From Eledone cirrhosa (lineage: Eukaryota), in assembly GCA_964016885.1 (NCBI GenBank), contig OZ024747.1, positions 36,456,001 through 36,520,000 on the forward strand: DNA of 64,000 bases, given 5' to 3'. The first letter of the stretch is position 1. Every line of letters begins with the position of its first letter. Below are positions 1-15,717 of the stretch, in pieces. The notes under the pieces were generated by a model. It made no database searches and was not told the origin of the DNA. It worked only from the letters and a program-made list of their open reading frames with translations. The translations under genes and the position numbers were made by a program.

Positions 1-720
1 TCCACGACGCCGGTCTGTGTTTTTGCTGTTGTCGTTTGTTGCTGTTGTCGTTGTAAGTGTTTTTACTGTAGCTGTTGTTTTAGTTGTTGTTGTCAATAGG
101 GTGGTGGCATCAGCACGACTATTGCGACCAGTGCGGATAATTTTGGTCGGCGGTTTGATGTTATTGTCATTGTTGTTGTTGTAGTCGTCGTTGTTGTTAT
201 TGTTGTTGTTTTTGTATATAGGTAGTCGTCAACTAAATGTATACCCGACCCCGCTCAGAGCTCCTTGTTTGGCTTCAACTGTCTACTGGGTTTTGGCTAC
301 ACACAGTTCTTTGTGCTTTTCGTGATGTTTCGTTGATAGCTTTTTCTAACAAAGGCGACGGCTGGCAAACCCTTCAATGAACTCATGTATGCTGGAGCAT
401 AGGCATTAGGACGTGTGTTTCCTGCCAGCGGCATATCAAATATATCGATTTTCATCTGAGGAAACCGTTCTCATAATCAACAGCAAATGCATGAAGGACA
501 TCTCGATTGCATGGAGAACCGTGGAAATAATTATTATGATGAAACGATATATGTAACCTCAGCATCTTATTTTATTAGTTATATAAAATTCTCCATCGTA
601 ACTAAAAACAACGATTGTTGAGAGCTTTCTCCTGCTAACTCCTCTTTTTACCAAAACAATCTTTTCCGAACATATAAATATATATAGATATATATATGTG
701 TGGATATAGATCTAACTATG

Positions 721-804
<84 letters not shown>

Positions 805-1414
805 TATATAGATGAGTTGTGTGTGTGTGTGTAGGTATAGGAGCACATGTATGTGTTACAGTGTTTGTGCACACATTTAGGAATATATACATAATTCTAC
901 GTAGTATAATGTGTCATTAGCCGGATGGCTAACCGTAATATAATAGATTTAAAGTTTAAATATTCTTAAGCATTGATGCGACATAAATCTCGATTCTTCT
1001 TGAGATATCGAATACACGCATATTCGATAACGACATGAAAATTTGATCCATATCTCAATTCCCATAACTCACAACGTGTTGTAATAAATGTTATCATTGG
1101 ATCTCTCTTGGAAACATATTTCAAATATATACATTTGCAGGGAATTTAAACTTAGTGAGGAAAACGCTTGCCAGTGAGAAATATACACCCTTGATTCTAA
1201 GTAAAGGCACAGCAACAGAGGTAATAAAAATGAGATGCAAGCATTCATGACGAATAGAATAGCCAAAATGTTATTTAAGATTCATTAAAATCGTTTATGA
1301 TATGTGGCATGGCTATTAATTTCTAATGATGTGATACATTAGCGGGAACATTTGCATGCATGTATATGATTACATGGACACATGTTACACACAGACAGCC
1401 GCTCATGCATACAC

Positions 1415-1455
<41 letters not shown>

Positions 1456-1457
1456 AA

Positions 1458-1493
<36 letters not shown>

Positions 1494-1518
1494 CACACGC
1501 ACACAAATATATACATAT

Positions 1519-1577
<59 letters not shown>

Positions 1578-2332
1578 ACACACACATACACACACACATA
1601 CACACACACACATACATATATATATACATATAAACTGGGTGAGGAAGATAGGTTTATGGAGCCCCTGTGTTGTTTATACAGGTGCTTTATTATATAGCTT
1701 TTAAATTTATAATATATATTAAACATCGATGCTAATATGTAAATAAATAGATGGATAAAAATATAAATATTTTATGGATCAGATTATCATGCATTTCATC
1801 ATCGTTAATTCTCAATGAAATTTAATAAAGTTTCCTTAAATTGAATATTCGTAAACGCTAACAAAATTTTTAAATATTTCTCATACATAAATTCTTTCCA
1901 TTTTAATGCTTTATTAATTTCTGCCATATAAACATGTTACACCTATTTTAAACAAACATTAACGCAACTTAGCTTGCCTTTTTTAATGTCATGTTATTTT
2001 TCCTGTGTTCTGTATAAATATGATATCATTTTCGGAAGACTGTAATCAATATTTCAAGTATTTCGTAATACGGAATAAATACAAAATATTCTTATTTCAC
2101 AATAAAGTGATCGGAACTTAGGACCACATTGTATCTTGAACAGAAATGAGTTGTACATGTAATTCAAATGGCCAGCCTTGTTAGACCTTGCGTCGCACCC
2201 AATCTCCCTGAGAAGTAGTTTATCGGGATTAATATCGGTGTAATACCCAGTAATTTATATGTTAATTTTAGTAGGAGACAGTTCTGTTAATTGAATTAGT
2301 TGCGACACCCAACATCGAAATCAATGAAGATC

Positions 2333-2611
2333 CCTCTTCTTCTTCTTCATCTTAGCCCATTTATTCCTGGGAGTGTCATTTGAGCAGATTCCTCAAGCAT
2401 GTCATCCAGTGATTCCTCTCAGAGGCAATCATTTCCCATTGAGCCGAATGGTTCTCTAAGCAAGACCAGCCAAGCTTTGGTGGAAATCCATCCACATGTG
2501 CCACGCTTTTCGCCAAGCTCCCGGTAAGAATGAAAATCAGGCTTCGCAGCCTTAATCTTCATTCTTATACTGCAGTACACGGCAGCAAATATACGATGGA
2601 GGACCAACATC

Positions 2612-2612
<1 letters not shown>
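2333..2612 (-). mobile_element. RTE-group non-LTR retrotransposon 3' fragment
   Basis: The minus strand reads ..QWEMIASERNHWMTCLRNLLK*, resembling the C-terminal W..A.DR..W motif of RTE ORFs, then a (GAA)n tail at ~2336-2352. (TA)n lies on the 5' side. Confidence 0.55.
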
Positions 2613-2651
<39 letters not shown>

Positions 2652-4202
2652 GCCTAATGCTAATCTGGTCCTAAGTTCCGATCACTTTATTGTGAAATAA
2701 GAATGTATGTGTGTGGGGTGAATGTTTGTGTGTATGTGTTTATGTACATATATATATACATACATGTTTTTGATAAATACATTATTGTACGTGTGTGTAT
2801 CTGTGTACTATAAGAGAAATAATGACAAAATAGAATTATACCGATTGATATATATATATATATATATATATAATTTCAATTACGCGATGGGTTGTAAATA
2901 TGGTATCTTATATTATAATCTAATAGAATAATTTCCACACGAAAGTTTCCATTGAAATTAGTTCTTCTCCGACGTTATTAAATTTACAATTTTCTAAACC
3001 CAATTTCGTCATTTTTACCATGAAGTTAGTGTAACATTAATCCTATAAATATATGAAATAAAACGTTTCTTGTAATATTTGGCGGGAGACTTATAAACAA
3101 TTTTCATTATAAACGCCATTTAATATATTAAACGAATATTAGTTTCTAATAATATTTGAAATGTAAATAAATACTTGTTAGAAATTCATTATATGAAATT
3201 AATTTCTGCAAACATTTGAAATATATTTGTTGGATTTAATAACCTTTCAGTTGCAGAATCTAAATATAGTTTTGTGATATTCGATATAAATAAAATACTT
3301 TTTTATACATGAAAATAATTCATTAAATATGACACTGTGTTTTATGAATTGGTTTGCATTTCTATATTTCAATGATATTAGCTACGCACGGGGTATAGAG
3401 GTATTTTACTTGTATCCCCTGTAAATGTTAATCTAGTCTTAAGTATTTTATTCAGAGGATCATATCCATGTTAGAAATATTAGCATTCATGATAATTTCA
3501 TTATGATTACTATTCAAAATTGATTACATACCTATCTGTTGAGGAACGCCTAATGCTAAAATATCTGTGTCGGACATGACGAAAGAAAAACTAAGATTAT
3601 TATAGCCCCTATCACAAGCTAAAAACAAAATATTCATTTTATAGATTTACTAAAGCTGCCGCTATGAGAAGAATCTAAGATGCTGTCAAAATATATGACG
3701 AGAATTATTAAAAAGAAATTAAAATGTTCAAATATGGTGGATTTACATTTCGAGATGAGATCCACATTTTTATGAGCGTTGTAACTAACCTTCTCAAACG
3801 TGTTCAATGACACTAAACAATCCATGTGTACAGCTTCTGTGTCCAGCAATAACTAACAGGTGGATGGAAGTACCAAAATCGATATAAAAAAGCCATGTGC
3901 TGTGGTTTCATTTATTCTATTGAACCAAAATCTGCTGCCTTTGTTCCTAAATTAGAAATAAATAACACCAATGTTAGTAATGTAGCTATTTTCTAATTCC
4001 GGGATAATCTAGCTTTTTAACAAAGTAGACGAGAAAGACATTGAGGAATATATTTACATACTCGCACATTCATATATTCAAACACAGACACTCACACACA
4101 AACATATAAGCAAATATATATGTATATATATATGTATACATATAGAAACTCAAAATAGTGTCTTACAATTAAATAGCTCAAAGAAAGAGATTTTTCCGAG
4201 AT

Positions 4203-4700
4203 TATAATTGAATATAAAAGAAAAATAAACACATATATATAGACATATGTGTTCAAATAGAAAGGGACCAGGTTCGCTAGGGTGAAAAAAATACTAACTA
4301 TATCCATAGGTCTTTGCCAAACTCAATTTAAAATAATAAATCAAGAAAATAAATACAAATCGGTATGGGGTAACTATCAAACACCCAGACAGCTTTTAAT
4401 AGCATGTGCTTTATTTTATATACGCAAAATAGTACGTAGGTTACTTATTTTTCACCCAAAGAATTAGTAATCTTCTCCACTTAAATCACGAAACAGTTCC
4501 GCCAAAAGCTGTCTGGGTGTTTAGTAGTTACCCTATACCAGTTTGTATTTATTTTCTTGATTTATTATTTAAAATTGAGTCTGGCAAACCCTAGTGGTTA
4601 TAGTTAGTATTTGTTTCACCCTAGCGATACTGGTCCCTTACTATTTGAACACATATGTCTATATATCTGTGTTTATTTCTCTTTTATATTCAATTTTAAT
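4203..4700. repeat. Degenerate ~195-bp inverted repeat (fold-back element)
   Basis: Arms ~4203-4397 and ~4504-4700 are reverse complements (e.g. aaacacccagacagctttt / aaaagctgtctgggtgttt) around a ~105-bp spacer. Confidence 0.85.
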
Positions 4701-4982
4701 ATTATAAACATGTATGTATATATATATATACAAATATACATTTAGCGAGAATCGCATTTCGGCGAGTAGAAATTAGCGATATGCAACTTCCGAATTGTGT
4801 TGGCGAGCGCTCAATGAATATGAAGATACCAGAGCTATAAACATAAGCTAAAAAGGCCATACAAAACTGAGACGATGATTAAGAAACCATTAACCACCTA
4901 AGCCAAAAAAGCGAGCAAGCTAAGCAGGTGAAACAAAAATAAGATATGATTGAAATATTTACCCGGACTCTCGGGAATGATT

Positions 4983-5400
4983 GTATAATCCAATATAGGG
5001 TTTCTACGACACCTAAATCAATAATACTGTCTGCTTATAAGAAATAATAAGCTTTTGGTATAATGATCGAACAAGGATATCACTTTCTCAACAGGCATTT
5101 TGTTCAGCGTGCGCCAGGATCCCACATTGTTCAAAGCACATTTGAAGTCCAAAGGGGAGAAAACCCCTAGTTTTGGCAAATTAATTCAGTATGTGTAGTC
5201 ATTGCAAATAAAGCACAAAACGAATTAAGCTCTCAAGCGAGTAGTTTTTAAAAGAAACTTAAGCGATTAATCAATCAATAGAATTAACTAAAAAATCAAA
5301 AAATGTAACTGGTTAATTGCTAGACTTATATATATAATCCGCTATAGGGTTTCTGCGAACCCTAAATCAATAATACTGTCTGCTTATAAAAAATAATAAT
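4983..5400. repeat. ~66-bp direct repeat pair, ~350 bp apart
   Basis: tataatcc..tatagggtttct..cctaaatcaataatactgtctgcttataa.aaataataa at ~4983-5050 and ~5333-5400; the second copy runs into (TA)n. Confidence 0.8.
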
Positions 5401-5418
5401 AATAATATATATATATAT

Positions 5419-5456
<38 letters not shown>

Positions 5457-5613
5457 CATAGTTTATCGCTCTACATGGCTGAATACAATAATCTTAGTTT
5501 TTCGAGTATTGATAATGATATTCGATTATTTTGCAATTATGCGAACAGCTTCGTTTAAGCTGTATCAGAAGAATGACCGGGTCATTCTTGTACTTTCATT
5601 GGCATTTAAACAG

Positions 5614-5664
5614 TATTGCAGACACTAATGTTTCTGGGTTATTACCCTTCATCAGTACAGTATA
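5614..5664 (-). ncRNA. Type I hammerhead ribozyme motif
   Basis: Minus strand: tatactgta-CTGATGA-agggt aata accca-GAAA-cattagtg-TC-tgcaata. Stem II GGGT/ACCC, near-palindromic stem III, GUC cleavage triplet. Confidence 0.75.
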
Positions 5665-8600
5665 CCACTTACCTGCCAACTGTCAGAGCTAGTGAAAATA
5701 TGATAATTTCTTAAATATACAGTGACTGATCGGCCTGATTTGCATATTAGCAGACTGCCTGATCAGTCAGATCTGCATATTAGCAGACCCACTGATCAGC
5801 GGAAACTATTAAGCTGTACTGGTAGTAGATTATAGAATGGAAAAGATTGTCGATATATAAAACATTTGTGATTGAACTGAACAGCAATCTTAGAAAATGT
5901 ACTTGCAGTGAGTATAGCATCATTTGTTATAGTTATATTTTCCATCTATGAATAATAGCAGAATTTGGTTTATAATTGTATAACACGAAACTGATCCGAC
6001 AAAGTAGACATTTCTGAAAATACACAGTAACGGGTTTTTGTGCTCAGTTTTCTAAGTCCTTTTACAAACATGCTAGAGTAATATGTATTCGGATAGAAAA
6101 TGAATATGGCATTAATCTTCGAATTCTGAAGTAAAGGATAATGGGGATATCTCAAATGCAGTCAGCCTATTTTCCTTTTTTTTACTATAATTTTCGCTAC
6201 CTCTCAACTATATAGAACTATATAAATTATGTGCAGGAGTTTAGTTTGTTTCTAAATGACATCATGTAATGAGATAATGCATACCCGCATGCTGGTGTCC
6301 TACGTTCCCCTCAAGTAACCAGAATCTACGTAAAGTATTTTTGAAACTGATATCTTTATTCCTTGCGCACGAATATATTCAGGAAATTTAAAGCTTGCAA
6401 TTCATCTGAAAACTATTTATGAGATAAATGACTTTTGTGAAAGCTTTAGCGGCGAATGTTTTTATACACTACAGTGCCAGAAATAACTGCTTAAAGGCAA
6501 ATTAGCTGCACTCTAAACCAATACAAAACGTGGTCAAATAAGAATTTAGTGGGTTTAAATACCATATATGTGAGTTTTATTTCATGCCATATGCACCATT
6601 CCAATATGATCGTTTTGTTCTATCAGGTTGAGTTCAAGTTAAATTTCACTAAACACTATTACAATTACTCTCATTAAAATTTCAAGAATTACAACTGCAA
6701 TTCAACTGAAGTTCTACATATCTAATTAATCTTGGTTTATAATATTGCCTCCTTATAATATATTTAACAGTGCCATCTTGTTTCACAGTCTATTCATTTG
6801 GAGAAAAAGGAAAATATATTATGCTATGCTTTATTCCAGTGTTATTGAATTTCTGCAAATATACTAATATCGTTTGTTTTATAATTTTGATACACATTGA
6901 ATACGCACGACAAAATTAGTTTCGGCAGAGTAGTGAATAGGATGGCATAAATAAAACTGAGTACGTTACTACAAAGTCAGGAAGATCAGGGGTATACACA
7001 TAACTGGCGTTAACCTGGAAACAAGAAGAGCAAACACATATGATACATAATGAATTAATGTTATGGCAAATTTACTATGTAAGTAAGCAGTATTGACGTT
7101 TGAATTAGGTATCTGATTCGAAAGTTGAATAAATATTTAAAAATTCTAAATCGAGTTGGAAAACAATTAAATACTAAGGAGTTGAATGTTTATTATGAAT
7201 ATAGTGAACATAATTTTATTCGTATAAACATGGCAAATCACATATTAATATGTACATGAATGTGTGAGCGTATACCTTCTTCAAACTGTATTTGCTCTTA
7301 TCCCATTGTAGTTAACTTGAACTTAAAAAAAAAAAATAATATCTCAAGTAAATATGGAATTCATTTGCAGAACGAGACAGGAAAGGCCACATCCAAAATT
7401 AACAATATGATCATCGTACAAAAAATAGTCAGATTTCTGCCTTAGAATAATATACATAAAATATGATATGCAAGCTAATAGTTACAAACATGGCATGTAA
7501 AAGTAGCGCTATTTTTCTTAAGCTTCATTTTTAATTCGTGTCTTTTCGATGAAATTCAGAAATCACAACTTAGAAAATAACATAAACAGGATCACGTGTA
7601 ATAATTTTAAACCAAGATAATTAATATACTATTTTTAAATAGTCTACAGCTGTTTCCTAAGTGTTCTGATATATCTGTGTCCGTATATATCGTATTGCGT
7701 GATTATCTGACTGTACGGAAGGAGTATGCTTTTCTTTTGCATGCCATTTAAAGTTGCAATATGTCGACGTGTGAAAGAAACGGAGATGAAAGAGGGAAGG
7801 AATCTCATTCCAAAAGCATACCGCAACGAGATGCAACAATTTTTGAATTTGAAAGGTTGCAGACTATCTTATTATCCCATGTAATGGTGTTGCTTTGGAA
7901 TAATATTTTAATTTGTAATTATTAATAGTAAACATGCTTGCAGGTTATATTTGGCACTTTTTTCTATTTGTGACATTTAATAATAATGTAAATGCATTGC
8001 GATACGTATTCTAGTTTCATGAGATTTGCGTTCCAATCTCACATCGAGATTCCTGAGATTTGCGTTTCAATTGACATCGACGAAAATGTACTATTCAAGG
8101 TGAGTTAGTAGAATTGTTACAGATTTCTTGCGATATTTATCATGTCTCTTTCACATACATTTGTAGTAAATTTATTCCATCGACCTGTAGGACATCACTA
8201 TCTGGTACATGGGAGCCATTAAAGGAGTTCACAATATTGCAAGTTATTTAACCCTGTTTCTGGCTTGTGGAATAATTTCGCCTTTTCGTCCACCAGCCTC
8301 GAGAGGACTGAGAGAAAATATGACGAAATATTTTTTGCTCAGAAATAAAACATTCTTTTTTTGTTAGAATGTATCATCTTGCTAGAATCAACAGAATGTT
8401 TACGCGTGTTCCGTCTAATATTATATTCAACGGGAAACAAGAAAGTGTATATTCTTAACTATGTTTCGGATATATGAATCAGTGCTTTGCCAGACTAGCA
8501 AGATGTCGCAGAAACACCATAGATCAATGCGGCGCCCCTACGAGTCCATCAGTTGTTACGGAGCCACACATACATGCATTGAAGTTGAATGTACTTTTTA

Positions 8601-9224
8601 ATCCAGTGCCAGTTAATATAATATAGTTTTGCAGTTTTGAATGCCATATGTTTAACAAAGATTTCCGAATTTCAGATTATATTTCCAAATTAACAAAGTG
8701 AAACGACATAAATCACAATAGATCTGTACAGATACCTCAAACGTTCTGCAACAAATGACGTTTTATTCTATAGAAGAAGCATTGTCCAAAATAATTGAGA
8801 ACTCTGGTGTTTTCAAGAGAAAGATAACATATACTCCACATTATAAATAAAATTGTGTGGCTATATTTTGTAACTTCAGTAAATCGAAACAAGATTGCAC
8901 AAACTTCAGGTCCTTATGTTGAACTGAAAAGGAACCAAATACTGGAGACCTGCTTTCCTGCACGTGATCTTTAATGTCAAATATTAAGTCATTGGTCTTC
9001 AATTCGGCAGTTAATTTTCATAATGTAACTGCTACATATTTTCTTTTCTAATATAATTTGAAATGCAATTCCCACTACTTCGAGAGCAGAGAATTTGACC
9101 ATTCCCTCTCAAATGTACGATTCCTCTGACAATTCTTACACACACGCAACATATTTCGTCATAAATGAATATGTAATCTCTACTTCAATATTGAGTAATT
9201 TACTCATATATGTTAATAATGCAT

Positions 9225-9293
<69 letters not shown>

Positions 9294-12277
9294 GTGAGAC
9301 ACAGAGGGGTGAGAGTATCTGTGGTGCTGAGTTCGAGGATACCACAAATCATGGGAGAATGCTACCATTTAATCATTCCGGCTCACTACATTCCTCTCTC
9401 TCTCTCTTTCTTTCTTTCTTTCCACCTTTCCCTATCTCTTTTGCTCTTCCCTTTTCTTATTTTTTCTATATATACAAAGATTACGCATTCAGTAATGACA
9501 CCTACCTCCGATATCAGTTAAGATAAAGCGAAATTTGTATTCTATATATACTTCAATATTTTCTTCAACTCAAAATTATGGATCAGGTTTTAGCGAAATT
9601 CCTTTCATTGTAGGAATTACATTATATTTCATGTTCAGTTTTAAAAGACAATATATCAGCATATATGCACATACTGTTTTCTAAGTGTAATCTTCTTTAT
9701 ATATACATGGCTATATGCCCTAATCATGGGCATGGTAATATGGCTATATTCTGAACCTAATAGCACATCAATATTTACGAGTATTTCTGGATACTGTGCG
9801 TAGCTGCAGTGATATCTGAGAGCCAAAACCGGCGGAACATTTACGTTTCAAATATCTACTATTGGGAGCATTTAACCTTATAGTTATTAGATAGAACGGT
9901 AATGCTTCCTTAATTAAAGGGTTGTTCTAACACATTTCCAAATAGCACCAGTTTTCAATATGAAGGAATTGAGGCAACTGTGTTCAATCAATCACATTCG
10001 AAAACATATACCGGAAGCGATGACATAGTAGTTACAGTCTCATTATTCGAACAATGAGTCGACAAATGGAAAATGTTTCACGTAAATTATTTATTGCCTA
10101 TAAACAAATAGAAACCTTCTATTAAGGTAGATTTAAATGAGACCGAAACGAGGAAACTCTAATCGAGAGGTAGAATTTGTATAGAATCCAATGTATCGAT
10201 GGCTGCAACACAATAGTTCACGCAACTTACATTATTTAGAAATATTTATCTTTCACACCTATTGGCAATAGCAATTAGACACATATGGCGGCTTATAAGT
10301 ATTGATTTATTTTCTTCCTGTAAAACAATTGACAATGTGTAATAAAACAAGTTCTCAGAATATATTGCTGGCCAGCAGGAAAATCATGGCAATCTCTCTA
10401 AACAGTGTTTGATTATAAACGAGAGGTCATTATTGAGCGTCATTTTAAATGTTGTTTACATTTTAAAGACATTTTTGATCTTATTTTACTTCACCGTAGT
10501 ACAATTCACCCGAACTCCCAAGATTTCTTTACATGTAAGTGGTCTCGATTTTGAATCTAATATATTGTCCAAATCTTTGTTATGTACCGAAATTAATATT
10601 TTAAAACTAATAAAATCCCTGCATAGACTTGCTGCGTAAATGATCATATGAGCATTCGAGGAAACTTTATACGCATTATAAACATTTTAAGCCATGAACA
10701 TTGTCTTGTCTATGATATCATTGCTTGGTGCATTCATACGTATGTATTACAGCCACATGTGGTATAAATATATTATTGTTTCTATTTTATTTATAGTAGT
10801 GTTATCATAAGATAAGTCAATTTAGATATATGAAAAGATATGCAGATATACACACATACATACTCAATTATTCCCATATATATATATAAATATATATATA
10901 TATTGCCCGTGCGGGTATTTTTTATGTTGTCAATTCCAGCACTACTTTGTGGGTATCCACTTCAGTCGTTGTTTGAAAGTATTACGCCTATGTCTTTTTC
11001 TCGTCATAAAGCAATGGTACACGAAAGGTTAAAAGAAAATAAGATCTTTCAAAGAGTTGAAACGAAATTACAAGTATATATATTTATATATATATATGTG
11101 TGCGTGTGCGTGTGCGTGTGCGCGTGTGTGTGTGTGTGTGTTTCTGTGAGTGTGTATGTGTTTGTGTGCGTGTGTGTTTGTGTGCGTGTGTGTGTGTGTG
11201 AGTGTGTGTGAGTGTGTATGTGTTTGTGTGCGTGTGTATGTGTTCATAACAACCACAGCTAGATGTAAAATTACCTGTGGGGACAACTCTAATGAAGTGT
11301 CCAAATAGGACCTAAATATGGCGATTGGAACAAATATGTCAACCGTTTGCGACTGCCCTCGTAATGTCAATGATCTAATCATATAATATCAACATTAAAT
11401 CTTTTATTTCTTCTATCATGTACTACAGAAACACTCAACGTTGCTAGCAGATAATTCTGCAAGCTATGGTCGTAGATTTCAAGTTTCTATATTGATACAT
11501 CTTTGTATATATTTTTTCTTTTCAATTCCTTCTAGTGATATTTGCTCTTCAATCTAGCATCGGCATGAAGGAGTATTGATTATGATGCCCATGCTATTGA
11601 TTGTAGTATGTCGTTACAATAGCTGGTTTCGTATGTAGACTAACATTTTCAATTATTAATTTTGGTATCGCTTCCGTTTTGTGTGCATTATTTCTCCGTG
11701 GAATTCTCAGAAATAAAAACATTGTACTCCACCTTCTTCGTAATACTAACTTAATGCATGTTTTACAACCAGCATGTTTTAAGTTATAAAGATATGAATG
11801 ATATATAAGACATTATCTGATTCCCTCGCTGTATATATTTAGTGTATAATATGATTACCACACGATGGTAAGTAAAATTTAAAATTACGAATGCTAGATA
11901 TGACTATGGATTTAGATGATTGACATTGATAACTGTGTATCTCATTGTAGAAATATTAGCCTATATTTTTAAACCATAAAGTATATATATATATTAAATT
12001 ACGGCAAGTTGTTATAGTGGTCTGACTAGTTAATGTGTTTATCAAATAAATACAATATTCTAAGCAAACGATTATATTCTTGCATTTGTGTTTTTCAACA
12101 GAAACTTAATCCTATTCTGCAGCAGAAATATTCGTTATTCTTAAGTTTCACTCAAGCTGTACTTGATTATTCTAGTCTTCAATCGAAGCTGAGAAAATAA
12201 ATGAAAATAAATAATATACTACAAAGATGATGCATATATATATATATAGTGTGTGAGTGCGTGTTTGTGTGCGTGTC

Positions 12278-12338
<61 letters not shown>

Positions 12339-12393
12339 GTCCAGAATTAGCCGTCGAAACGGCTTGAGCTCAGCTGTCGGGGTCTTACTGGTT

Positions 12394-12857
<464 letters not shown>

Positions 12858-12975
12858 AAGGCGTGTGGCTGAGTGGTTAGAGAATTGGATTCGCAATCGT
12901 AAGGTTGTGAGTTCGATTCCTGGACCAGGCGATGCGTTATGTCCTTGAGCAAGACACTTTATTTCACGTTGCTCC
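12858..12975 (+). mobile_element. tRNA-derived SINE head plus conserved central domain
   Basis: A-box TGGCTGAGTGG, B-box GTTCGATTCC, then GTCCTTGAGCAAGACACTT, a conserved core-type SINE segment. Confidence 0.8.
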
Positions 12976-13087
12976 TTCTACCTGGAGTTGCGACCGATAG
13001 ATAGTATTAGCAATTGGAAAGACCAACGGAAACATTGTTCCCTCGGTCCGATTTGACGAAAGTCGATCGTTCCTTTTATATATATAC

Positions 13088-13119
<32 letters not shown>

Positions 13120-13332
13120 CTGTCTCAATATTTGGCAAGAACTAACATTATGGTTCAACGTTATTGTTATAAACGTTTATTTTATGAAGAAAAATGAAGA
13201 TCAACATATTTCAAGTATGCAGGCTGTAAATCTTAATCTGTTTCTGATTCTTAATGGTGATAAAAAAGGCCGCAATACAATAACGATATATTTCCTGCTT
13301 GTTCTTTAAGAAACATTAATTATATTCTGCCA

Positions 13333-13466
13333 ATCGCGGTGGATTGGACTGAATTCAAATCCCACTGAGGTTAACTTTGCCTTTCATCCTTACGGGGTCG
13401 GTAAAATAAAGTACCAGTAATACACTGGGATAATTGCTGGTCTTCTGCCAAAAGTAGAAACAATTA
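13333..13466 (+). mobile_element. Deu/Nin-domain SINE, 5'-truncated, with TSD
   Basis: GAATTCAAATCCC..GCCTTTCATCCTTACGGGGTCGGTAAAATAAAGTACCAG, flanked by duplicated attaattatattctgcca. Confidence 0.85.
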
Positions 13467-15395
13467 ATTATATTCTGCCATACGAGATATATTTACTTTT
13501 TACTAATAAAGTTTAAATCAATAAAACTTCTAAAACTAAAACAAGGAAACAGGTGTCAGGCATTCCTCAAATAGCTTGGCTGGTAGAAAATAATAATATA
13601 CGACATTTTTTCGTCACACTCACATTAAATAACGGGATATTTGTATGTACGGAAAATTAATTTTGAACATTGGTGTTATTTGTAGCCGATGTGACTGTAC
13701 ATCTCTAAAAACAATCCTTATACTATATTTACATTTGCTTTGTATTACAATTGCGGAACAATACCAAACAGTGAATATTTTACTACACTTCCTGTGGTCA
13801 CAAATTGGCATAATACTGCATAAACTCCCACGTATAAATCTACTCATATATACAACCATACATATTCTTGCCCGCACACTCACAAATCTCACAAACTCAT
13901 ATGCACATCATGCATAAAAAGCATACATCATGCACTCACACATGTTGTGAGTGAGCATGCAGAAACTTGAGATTGTCGGATGAAATAGCTTTAGTAGTCC
14001 TTTTTCAAACTAAGTTCAGGAGTGCATTTTCTTTCTAAGGTAAAGAAAACACCTGCGTTAAAAGCGAAAGATATTCGTTATGTTTGAAGCAAATTGCAAC
14101 ATACACAGGTAAGTATGTTTACATTGCACAATTAAATTGATTTATTTGTAGAAGTAATTTGTTCTGAAAGAAAATGTCAAGGTTTGCGGACAATTATCAT
14201 AACGTTTAGAAATGTTGAAAAGGCTAAATAAATGCTATATGTTATTTCATTATCACAACATCTCTTGGGTGTATCAGAACATGTAAATAATTATTGTTTC
14301 CTAAAATTAATGTCAACCAAACTGCACGAGAGAAACATCGTGAGCAAAAATAACATTAAGAACTGTTGCAATGAAATGTAGAAATACATGCCGCATTTTA
14401 CTGTATTGTGGCGTGAATTGGCTCCCTTAGTTTATATTATATGTGACTCAAACGGAATCCAAATTAAAATATTGCTATGAAGAACTATATTTTAAATTCA
14501 TATATGTTAATTCGGGTATATATAAAAACATTATAAAAGAGGAACGGGTTATTATACTTTGGCTTTCCTTAAAAAGGAAATGTGGTGTCAGTTAAACTTT
14601 GAGGTTAAAATTAAATCATTATACTCAAAGACAGTAGGTAGAAATTATCGCTTGCATCTAATTTGTTTTGTTCATTTGATTCATTTTCTCTGATAAATAG
14701 ATACATATTTAATTCCAAATTTTAATTTGCAATGTTTTTCAAAAAACGTTAGAATTTAATTACATATATGTATTTATTATTAACCGTCTGACCTCAATTA
14801 AATGGACACAAAATAAATAAAAAATTGAAATAATTAATTACTTATGGTCAAATAACATAATCATGTTGTTATTCTATGCTATTTTACTAGTATTTATTTA
14901 TGAAGTCCACAATATGTATTTTCGTATTAGAGGGTTGTTAATTGTATTTTATATGTATGAGCGCATGCGGCAAAAAATATTACAAAGACCTATCAACCAT
15001 CTAAAATGAATAAGCAACACTGCAATGTCCTATTTGATTTCAAATTTAGCCATGGTCTTCGATTAAGGTGTATGTTATAAATTGATTGCCGTCTCATATC
15101 TTATTGTATTCTATTCGCTGATCAAACTATTCATTAAATGTATATATATTTCTTAAAATATCGAATTCAGGTCAACATGCAAATGTATAAAGAGTCTCTG
15201 CTCACAGAGGGCCTATGACCATCAAGGTGTGCACAGATTATTTCAGAGAATGCGAATATTAACATTTATGATCTAGGCAGTCTAGAAGCTAATAAGAGTA
15301 TTTAAATGTTTGTGTGAAGTACTCGCGTCCATTTTTCTCCCTTTTCTATTTTCCTCCTCTCACTTTTGAAGGAACAAGAGGTTGTGTGGTAACTT

Positions 15396-15643
15396 GATAA
15401 AGTGTATTTAGAAATATAAGAAAAGCACAAGCAAAGGACAGATCACATCTTCAGTTGTCTGCTGGGAGTCTCGAACATTTCAACGCATTAAAGATAATAT
15501 ATCTGTCAACAACGTTTAACAAATTATTGAAGAAAAAAAGGAGAGAGAAAAAATAAATTAAAAATAAATTAAATAAGACAAAAAAACACAGAAAACAAAC
15601 CGATAAAGGGGGGAACACGAAGAGAAGTACATGTATGTAGGTA

Positions 15644-15717
<74 letters not shown>

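Noticed and set aside
1-228. Open Asn/Thr-rich frame on minus running off the window edge
   Set aside because: Built from (AAC)n-like repeats; no start codon, compatible splice acceptor or recognisable domain. An adjacent gene cannot be excluded.
12858-12935. tRNA gene
   Set aside because: It has A and B boxes but no proper acceptor stem, and continues into a SINE core.
14040-14108. Possible 69-nt phase-1 exon (tttctaag|...CAG|gtaagt)
   Set aside because: Splice-like signals and a short open frame occur by chance; no homology or partner exons recognised. Needs RNA-seq.
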